Shown: positions 25,531-32,000 of the stretch, in pieces
Layout: each line of letters begins with the position of its first letter
Position numbering within the stretch: the stretch's first letter is position 1
Source of the DNA: Edaphobacter aggregans
GTDB lineage: Bacteria > Acidobacteriota > Terriglobia > Terriglobales > Acidobacteriaceae
Reading direction: 5' to 3'
Length of the DNA: 32,000 nucleotides
Assembly: GCF_003945235.1 (NCBI RefSeq)
Contig: NZ_RSDW01000001.1
Coordinates: 1,290,001 to 1,322,000, forward strand
Made by a program: the position numbers and the translations under genes
Notes under the pieces: model-generated
The model's database searches: none
What the model saw: the letters and a program-made list of their open reading frames with translations, nothing else
What the model was told of the DNA's origin: nothing

Positions 25531-27360
25531 TTACTGGCGGGAAGGGGAGTTAGCTCCTGAAGTCGATTGGGCTTGCGTGAGCTTTTGAGCTTGTTGACGC
25601 TCAAGGGCGGCATCGGCGCTCCGGCCTTGCAGAGCAAATGCATCGGCGAGGGCAGAGTGAGCCTCGGCGTAATTTGGGTCGGCGGCGACAGCTGCCTGGA
25701 GTTGCGCGGTGGCTTCGGAGAGTTGGCCACGCTTGAGTAAGAGGCGTCCGCTGTCGAGTGCAAAGTTTGCGCGCTGGCGACTGACGGCGACGCGGCTGAG
25801 GTCGGCGGCTTTTTTGCGCTCGGCTGCTGCGCCAGCGGTATCGCCCTGGCGTATAAGAATAGCTGCAAGAGTGATATGAGGGCTTGGCTGATCGGGCATC
25901 AGCTCAATTGCGTGACGTAGCGCAGCGATAGCTTTTTCAGGTTCGTTGTTCTGCTTGTAGACATTGCCGAGCATGGCCCAGGCGTCGCCGTGATCTGGCC
26001 TGAGGGTTGTGGCTTTCTCAAGCTCGACCTGGGATTCAGAGAAGCGTCCGAGCTGCATGAACAAAACGCCGAGAGTGTAGGGAGGATCGGGAAGAACGGG
26101 GTCGAGTTTTGCTGCTTGCTCGAACTCCTGAATAGCGGCGGGCACATCGTCCTTTAGTTTGAAGGCGAGGCCGAGATCGTAATGGAGTTGGGGATTATCA
26201 GGTTCCACGACGAGACCTGACCGAAATTGCTCGATGGCATGATCCAGATCGGCTTGCTGAAGATAGGCGACTCCGAGATTTTCGCGGAGTGTTCCGCTGT
26301 TGGGCGTAAGTTTGAGCGCGGTGAGATAGAGAGGGATTGCGCGCTTGGCATCCCCTAGCTGCACGAGATCTAGGCCGAGATTGATGAGGGCGGCGGAGTC
26401 TTGCGGACGGGCAGCAACAACCTGCTCGAAGAGGGGTAAAGCTTCCCGGGCGCTACCGCTGGCCTGAAGGGTTAGGGCGAGTTCATATTTGGTGTCTATA
26501 CGAGACGGATCAAGTTGAAGAGCATGACGAAGAATTGCGGCAGATTGCACATCCTGATTAGTGTCACGGAGAGCGCGGATAAGTTGGAGAATGTAGTCGA
26601 TGTTGTCCTTAGCGAGGGCGTTCGCCTGTGTAAGCTCGGTTACGGCGTTGGCGGGATCGTGAATAGTGAGGAAGACAGAACCAAGGTGGTAGTGCGCAGC
26701 AGGAAGATTCGGATCGAGCACGATAGCCTGGCGGAACTGCGATGCTGCATCATCGTAGCGTTCCTGCTGGGCGAGGACAGTGCCGAGTGTGTCGTGAAGC
26801 GTTGCGTCATTGGGTTGGGCGGCGAGAGCCTTTTCGAGCTGGCTTTGCGCGGCCGCGGGTTGTGATGTGGCAACGAGCGCGGTGGCGTATGCAATGGCCG
26901 CATTGGGTGTGAGAATCTGGTCTGCCTGGTTTATCAGGTCGAACATCGTTACGGATTTGGTATAAGCGTGAAGCTGCTCGTAGGCGACGGCGAGGTTCAG
27001 TGTCGCGTTGGTGTCGTGCGGATCGAGTTCGCGGGCTTGTTCCAGCTCTGCCGCGGCTGCATGGGGATTTCCTTCGGCTAGTAGAACCGTTCCAAAGGCG
27101 GTGTGCCCGGCCGCTACATTGGGAGTAAGATGTACGACCTTTGCAAACTGCGCGTGGGCGGTAGGCAGATCGTTCTGCTGATAGGCGGCGGACCCTGCGC
27201 GAAAGGCTGCATCCGCTGCTTTGAGATTGGCAGTTGGGGCCGGGCTCGACTTGGCTGAGGGAGTAGCGTTCGTTTGTGCCGAAGTCTCGACGTACGCCAG
27301 CGACAGGATAGCTGTGAAAAAGACGGGCAGGAGCGACGAGTGTGCAGGGTGAAGGCGCAT
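25531..27360 (-). CDS. exported tetratricopeptide-repeat (TPR) protein
   Basis: Nearly the whole protein is made of 34-residue TPR-like units (e.g. AHYHLGSVFLTIHDPANAVTELTQANALAKDN, AWAMLGNVYKQNNEPEKAIAALRHAIELMPDQ). The ATG at 27360 gives a good signal peptide, MRLHPAHSSLLPVFFTAILSLAYVETSA|Q. The ORF could instead start at TTG 27387. Confidence 0.85.
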   Translation of the reverse strand: MRLHPAHSSLLPVFFTAILSLAYVETSAQTNATPSAKSSPAPTANLKAADAAFRAGSAAYQQNDLPTAHAQFAKVVHLTPNVAAGHTAFGTVLLAEGNPHAAAAELEQARELDPHDTNATLNLAVAYEQLHAYTKSVTMFDLINQADQILTPNAAIAYATALVATSQPAAAQSQLEKALAAQPNDATLHDTLGTVLAQQERYDDAASQFRQAIVLDPNLPAAHYHLGSVFLTIHDPANAVTELTQANALAKDNIDYILQLIRALRDTNQDVQSAAILRHALQLDPSRIDTKYELALTLQASGSAREALPLFEQVVAARPQDSAALINLGLDLVQLGDAKRAIPLYLTALKLTPNSGTLRENLGVAYLQQADLDHAIEQFRSGLVVEPDNPQLHYDLGLAFKLKDDVPAAIQEFEQAAKLDPVLPDPPYTLGVLFMQLGRFSESQVELEKATTLRPDHGDAWAMLGNVYKQNNEPEKAIAALRHAIELMPDQPSPHITLAAILIRQGDTAGAAAERKKAADLSRVAVSRQRANFALDSGRLLLKRGQLSEATAQLQAAVAADPNYAEAHSALADAFALQGRSADAALERQQAQKLTQAQSTSGANSPSRQ

Positions 27361-27479
27361 TATCTCAGAGGTGATTTTAGCGAGCAATGGGTGTTTAGGG
27401 AATTTTGCAGATGGAATCGTCTCGTCTGTGAAGAGCCGGGAGGGTAGACTGGGGAGTCTTTGATGGCGATGGAGGCAAT

Positions 27480-29999
27480 ATGCGCCTTGTCTTGGTTGGG
27501 ACAGCGATGCTTTGCGGAATGGCTGCCGCGCAGACGACCGGTCTGCAGCCTGTAAACTCTTTTCCGCTAAAAGAGGATGGACTAGTTATTCGCCGGCATG
27601 TGGAGTCGGGTATGCCTTTTACGGTGGCGGGCACTCAGGGCGTCATCCTAGGTCAGCAGGAGGGTATATTCGAGGCGTGGACGCTGCCTGTGAAGCTGCT
27701 TAGTCATTTCAGCATCAAGGCCGAGGTGGAGGGATATCCCGTACCGATTGAGCTGAAGGATCACGCTCGTGAGATTGAAGTGTTTCCTAATCGCACGGTG
27801 ATCACGTATTCACATATCGCCTTTACGCTGCGACAGATTATGTTTGCGCCGGATGAGATGGAGCCTGGCACGGGTGCTGTAGTGCTGTTTCAAGTGGACT
27901 CGGCGCGGCCGGTTGACCTGACGTTCAGCTTCAACCCTGAGATGCGTCCAATGTGGCCACAGGAGGATCAGGGGATACCGTCGGCAGAGTGGATTAAGCT
28001 GGATGCGAGCGGGTTCTACGTGCTCCATACAGACTTTCCAAATCTTGCCGGTGCTGTGGCGATGCCCACGTCGCAGCCAGGCATTATGGCCCCCTATCAG
28101 GAGAAGCCGCAATTTCATCCGTTGGAACTGAAGCTCCACTACGACCAAAAACGGGATAAAGACCGTTACTTCCCGCTGCTTATGGCAGTGGGGACTACGA
28201 CCGAAACCGCTACGAATGTAGCATTGCAAGCGAAGTTGGAGCGGCTGGGAGCAATAGTAGAGCAAACATATTCAGCTCATGCGGCGCGATACCTCCGCAT
28301 GATGAAAGAGTTGACTGCGATTCGGACCCCTGATGCGGATTTGAATAACGCGTTCTCCTGGGCGTCAATTTCCATTGAGCAGTTGAGAGCGAAGGTGCAG
28401 CCCACTGGCGAGGTTGGGCTGGTGGCTGGATATTTTTCGTCCGGCGATTCGGCACGGCCTGGATTTGGCTGGTTCTTCGGGCGGGATGCGCTATATACGC
28501 TCTATGCGGTGAATGACTTTGGCGACTTCAGGCTAAGCCGCGAAGCAATGGAATTTCTGATACGGCGGCAGAGGGACGACGGGAAGATGATGCATGAGTA
28601 CTCGCAGACAGCGGCGAATGTGGATTGGAGGGCACTGCCGTATATGTATGCTGCGGCTGACGCGACGCCGTTATTTCTGACCGCGATGCTGGACTACGTG
28701 CGGAGCAGTGGGGACGCGGACTTCTTAAGGCGCCACCGCGAGTCGGTTGAAAAGGCATGGCATTTTGAGATAACGCATGACTCGGACGGTGACGGCATCT
28801 ACGACAATGCCCAGGGAACCGGCTGGGTTGAGAGCTGGCCACCGGGGATGCCACATCAGGAGATCTACCTGGCGCTCTTGGACCAGCAGGCGTCCACTGC
28901 CATGGCAAAGTTGGCTAGCTTACTGAACGACAAGGCTACAGCAGAATCAGCCGCGAAACGAGCGGATGAACTGAAGAAGAAGATCGAGAGGGAATATTAC
29001 GATTCCACCCGCGATGCTTATGCGTTCAGCCGCAATAGAGATGGGACGCTTGACCATACGGCGACGGTCTATCCGATGATCGCATGGTGGAATGGAGGAG
29101 ACGGTCTGACCCATGCAGATGCAAGTTTTCAACGATGGGCTTCACACGATTTCTCAACCGATTGGGGCCTGCGCGACATCGCAGAGAGCGACCCTCTCTT
29201 CGATCCGATCAGTTATCACCAGGGATCAGTGTGGCCGTTGTTTACAGGATGGGCTGCTGTGGCGCAGTATCGCGCGGGACATCCGCTCACTGGGTATGCT
29301 CACCTGATGCAGAACGCCGATCAGACAACGATGCAGGATCTTGGGGCAGTTACAGAATTACTGTCCGGAGCTTTCTTTCAGCCGTTCGGACGAAGCACAA
29401 GTCATCAGCTCTGGTCCTCTGCTATGGTTGTCGTTCCGGCGATACGAGGCTTGTTTGGGATCGATGTGGATGCAGTATCGGAAAGTGTTTGGCTCAATCC
29501 ACATCTTCCGGCTAATTGGGACAACGCTGAGGTGCAACGGCTGCATGTGGGGGAAGCAGTGTGTGCTCTGGAGTACAAGCGCGAAGGGCAGAGACTGGTT
29601 GTACACATCAAGACTGTGTCCGGCAAAAATGTCAGGCTGACGACCTCGGTGAAGGAATCGCAGGTGACAGCAGATGGATCCTCTATCATTTTTGCGCTGC
29701 CGCCGGTCGAAGTTGCATTACCGCATCGGCTGCCGTTGCAGGGGGCGCGAACGGCTCAGATGAAGGTGCTCAGCGAGACGAGGGATTCACACTCGTTGAA
29801 GCTTGAGTTGGAGGCTGCCGCAGGATCTATTGTTGAATTGAAGGTTCGCCGCAATGGTCCGAAGCTGAATCTTCGCATCGAAGGCGGCACTCTGACTGCT
29901 GCAGGAGATACTGATGCGCAGAGCAATATCGATCAAGTAGTAGTAAGATTTCCGGACGGATCAGGATATCAGCATCGCGCTCTAACACTGAGTTGGTAA
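27480..29999 (+). CDS. exported six-hairpin (alpha/alpha)6 glycoside hydrolase, glycogen-debranching-enzyme C-domain-like (amylo-alpha-1,6-glucosidase family)
   Basis: GGAGG precedes the ATG. Signal MRLVLVGTAMLCGMAAA|Q. GFGWFFGRDALYTLYAV, ...DATPLFLTAMLDYV... and ISYHQGSVWPLFTGW resemble the GDE_C/COG3408 motifs FGRD and YHNGxVWP. There is a C-terminal beta-rich tail. Confidence 0.6.
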   Translation: MRLVLVGTAMLCGMAAAQTTGLQPVNSFPLKEDGLVIRRHVESGMPFTVAGTQGVILGQQEGIFEAWTLPVKLLSHFSIKAEVEGYPVPIELKDHAREIEVFPNRTVITYSHIAFTLRQIMFAPDEMEPGTGAVVLFQVDSARPVDLTFSFNPEMRPMWPQEDQGIPSAEWIKLDASGFYVLHTDFPNLAGAVAMPTSQPGIMAPYQEKPQFHPLELKLHYDQKRDKDRYFPLLMAVGTTTETATNVALQAKLERLGAIVEQTYSAHAARYLRMMKELTAIRTPDADLNNAFSWASISIEQLRAKVQPTGEVGLVAGYFSSGDSARPGFGWFFGRDALYTLYAVNDFGDFRLSREAMEFLIRRQRDDGKMMHEYSQTAANVDWRALPYMYAAADATPLFLTAMLDYVRSSGDADFLRRHRESVEKAWHFEITHDSDGDGIYDNAQGTGWVESWPPGMPHQEIYLALLDQQASTAMAKLASLLNDKATAESAAKRADELKKKIEREYYDSTRDAYAFSRNRDGTLDHTATVYPMIAWWNGGDGLTHADASFQRWASHDFSTDWGLRDIAESDPLFDPISYHQGSVWPLFTGWAAVAQYRAGHPLTGYAHLMQNADQTTMQDLGAVTELLSGAFFQPFGRSTSHQLWSSAMVVVPAIRGLFGIDVDAVSESVWLNPHLPANWDNAEVQRLHVGEAVCALEYKREGQRLVVHIKTVSGKNVRLTTSVKESQVTADGSSIIFALPPVEVALPHRLPLQGARTAQMKVLSETRDSHSLKLELEAAAGSIVELKVRRNGPKLNLRIEGGTLTAAGDTDAQSNIDQVVVRFPDGSGYQHRALTLSW

Positions 30000-30015
30000 C
30001 TGACAGACGTAGTCA

Positions 30016-31866
30016 TCATTTGAGACGACCGATCCATGATCCGTAGGGCGGCAGGGTGATTTCGGAGAGAGCGGTCACATTCTGAAGCGATGCGTCACTC
30101 GTGAGCAGTGTTTGTGCAGATTTCCCCAAAGTCTTAGCGTACGTCTGATCGACAAAAAGAGGTTGCGGCTGGCCGGTGCAATTGAGCGAGACGAGAATGG
30201 ACGGCTGCCCAGCGGCATCTTGGCGAATGAACGACAGCACAGAAGGGTTGTTTACGTCGACCATAACCATTTTGCCGTTACGCAGGGCTGGGTCTTTTCT
30301 ACGCAAAGCGATTAATTGCTTGTGCCAGTTGAGCAGTGAATTCGGCTCATGCTCTTCCGCCTTGACGCTGGTCGCGCGATAGCTTGCAGGAACGGGCAGC
30401 CAGGTTGTGTCGGCGGTACTAAAACCCGCGTTCTTCGAATCATCCCACTGCATAGGAGTGCGTTCTCCGTCGCGGCCTTTCTCCAGAGGCCAGCCCGTGA
30501 CGCCAATGGGATCCTTCACGTCCTCTACGCGTGTCGGTGGAGTAGTGACCATTCCTATCTCCTCGCCGTAGTACATCAGCGCGGTAGAACGCGAGGTAAA
30601 CAGAAGGGCAGCAATGAGTTTAGCGATGGCCTCGTTATGCACGCCATCACCGTAACGGTCCCAACTACGGATGTTGTCATGATTGTCGAAGACGAAGAGC
30701 GGTTGATTGCCGCTGATCTTTGTCTCCGCATCGCTGATTCGCTGACGAAGAAGGTTGGCGTCGAGTTGATTAGTGAAGCCTACTTGCATGTCCATGGGAA
30801 GTTGGAGCTCGTCGTGCTTTGCTCCGCCGTACCACTTGTCGAGTTCCTGTATGTTTGGCAAATAGGTCTCACCGATCAGCACACGATCGCCAGGGTATTG
30901 ATCAGCTAAGGCGCGAAGACGGCGCATGACATCGTGCACCTCTGGCAGGTTGTCGTACATGTCATGCTCTTGCTTGCGATCGCCATAGGCGTTGGTGCCT
31001 TCTATCTCCTTGGCATCGCGAAGAGCTGGATCTTCGAAGAGCGTGGGGATTGCGTCGAACCGGAAACCTGCTACGCCTCTGTCGAGCCAGAAACGGACGG
31101 AGTCGAACATGGCTTTTTCTACGGCAGGATTGCGCCAGTTTAGATCGGGCTGTTGGGCGTAGAAGCGGTGGTAGTAGTACTGGCCTGTCTTTGGATCGTA
31201 CTGCCATGCTGAGTGCCCGAATTCACTGATCCAGTTATTGGGCGGATTGTTCGGCGGAGTTCCTCCAGCTTTTCCATCGCGCCACACGTACCAGTCACGT
31301 TTTGGATTATCTTTCGAGCTTGCCGATTCAATGAACCACTTGTGTTTATCGGAGGTGTGGTTCATCACCATATCCATAAGGATTCGGATATTTCGTTTCT
31401 TGGCCTCGGCTACAAGCCTGTCGAAATCGGCGAGCGTACCGTACTGCGAGTCAATATTCTCGTAGTCGGAGATGTCGTAACCAAAATCGACTTGCGGAGA
31501 GGGATAGATGGGCGAGAGCCAGATGGCGTCGACGCCGAGAGACTGCAAATAGTCGAGACGCTGGGTGATTCCGTTGAGATCGCCGATTCCGTCGCCGTCT
31601 GAGTCCTGAAAACTACGCGGATATATCTCATAGAAAACGGCGTGTTTCCACCAGGGATCATTGCTATGCTGCACCCCGTTGTTTGCATGCGCGTCTGTAG
31701 CGCCATGTGGGGGTGCCTGTGCCGATGCGAGATTCCAGGCCCCGGAGATAACCAAGAGCGCGAGCGAGGCGAGGGACATCCGGATCATCTGAGAGCGGGT
31801 GGAGGTACTTGTAATAGCGGTCAAGACTTGCCTCCTGCGATGCGGGAACAATATAGCACTGCCCAT
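30016..31866 (-). CDS. GH13 alpha-glucosidase / oligo-1,6-glucosidase-type alpha-amylase family enzyme, with N-terminal signal-like segment
   Basis: WWKHAVFYEIYPRSFQDSDGDGIGDLNGI is present, along with the four GH13 regions: DMVMNH (I), GFRFDAIPT (II, nucleophile Asp), LIGETY (III, acid/base Glu) and FDNHDN (IV). The start is either ATG 31866 (GGAG upstream) or ATG 31788, which yields a clean signal MIRMSLASLALLVISGAWNLASA|Q. Confidence 0.9.
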   Translation of the reverse strand: MGSAILFPHRRRQVLTAITSTSTRSQMIRMSLASLALLVISGAWNLASAQAPPHGATDAHANNGVQHSNDPWWKHAVFYEIYPRSFQDSDGDGIGDLNGITQRLDYLQSLGVDAIWLSPIYPSPQVDFGYDISDYENIDSQYGTLADFDRLVAEAKKRNIRILMDMVMNHTSDKHKWFIESASSKDNPKRDWYVWRDGKAGGTPPNNPPNNWISEFGHSAWQYDPKTGQYYYHRFYAQQPDLNWRNPAVEKAMFDSVRFWLDRGVAGFRFDAIPTLFEDPALRDAKEIEGTNAYGDRKQEHDMYDNLPEVHDVMRRLRALADQYPGDRVLIGETYLPNIQELDKWYGGAKHDELQLPMDMQVGFTNQLDANLLRQRISDAETKISGNQPLFVFDNHDNIRSWDRYGDGVHNEAIAKLIAALLFTSRSTALMYYGEEIGMVTTPPTRVEDVKDPIGVTGWPLEKGRDGERTPMQWDDSKNAGFSTADTTWLPVPASYRATSVKAEEHEPNSLLNWHKQLIALRRKDPALRNGKMVMVDVNNPSVLSFIRQDAAGQPSILVSLNCTGQPQPLFVDQTYAKTLGKSAQTLLTSDASLQNVTALSEITLPPYGSWIGRLK

Positions 31867-31916
31867 CAGATGGTTACTCCGATCTTAGCTCTGATGCGAT
31901 CGATTTGTGAGTTGCG

Positions 31917-32000
31917 TTAGTCGAGACCAAGCTTGTGCTGAAGCTGTTCGAGCGAGACGCCTTTTGTTTCGGGATAGATAAAGAGCACGACAAAAAATTG
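31917..32000 (-). CDS. C-terminal end of an MFS sugar-porter-type transporter (5' part outside the window)
   Basis: The minus-strand frame open to the window edge reads QFFVVLFIYPETKGVSLEQLQHKLGLD*. PETKG(x)SLE(E/Q) is the conserved C-terminal motif of sugar-porter MFS proteins. The stop at 31917-31919 lies 50 nt upstream of the GH13 gene. Confidence 0.55.
   Translation of the reverse strand, partial: QFFVVLFIYPETKGVSLEQLQHKLGLD

Noticed and set aside
1-32000. I scanned for CRISPR arrays, tRNA/rRNA genes, IS elements, integrases, and toxin-antitoxin or other defence-system hallmarks.
   Set aside because: No regularly spaced direct repeats and no tRNA-like T-arm/acceptor patterns were seen in the intergenic regions. 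No transposase, integrase, nuclease or ATPase-type ORFs were seen either. The window looks like core or accessory metabolic chromosome, not a mobile or defence island.

Overview
The window is a gene-dense chromosomal segment with about 25 supported protein-coding genes. I found no rRNA, tRNA, CRISPR array, transposase or integrase. Gene content and style suggest an acidobacterial (Terriglobia-like) origin; this is an inference from GFTLIELLIV pilin-like proteins, many TPR and CRTAC1/ASPIC-UnbV exported proteins, frequent GTG/TTG starts and high GC.

Gene order, left to right:
- 3' end of an M16 peptidase
- a pilin-like gene translationally coupled to a LolA-like gene
- HAD and Nudix hydrolases
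- an Nramp-family transporter with a non-canonical metal site
- a LysR regulator divergent from a permease-first RND-MFP-OMF efflux operon that ends with an RcnR-type repressor gene
- an arcD-arcA (arginine deiminase) pair lacking arcB/arcC
- a 786-nt AT-rich control region
- a divergent NhaC-family carrier plus a DcaP-like porin
- a five-gene minus-strand cluster of exported proteins: TPR, two CRTAC1-type propellers, a monothiol thioredoxin-fold protein, and a heme-c motif + PHM/DBH-like copper-site motifs + TPR fusion
- an exported alpha-glucan module: GDE-like glycosidase, GH13 alpha-glucosidase and the tail of an MFS sugar porter

The five-gene exported redox/TPR/propeller cluster (18944-27387) is my best candidate for an uncharacterised system. 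Its function is inferred from motifs only. All calls rest on reading the translations and DNA by eye; no database search was possible.
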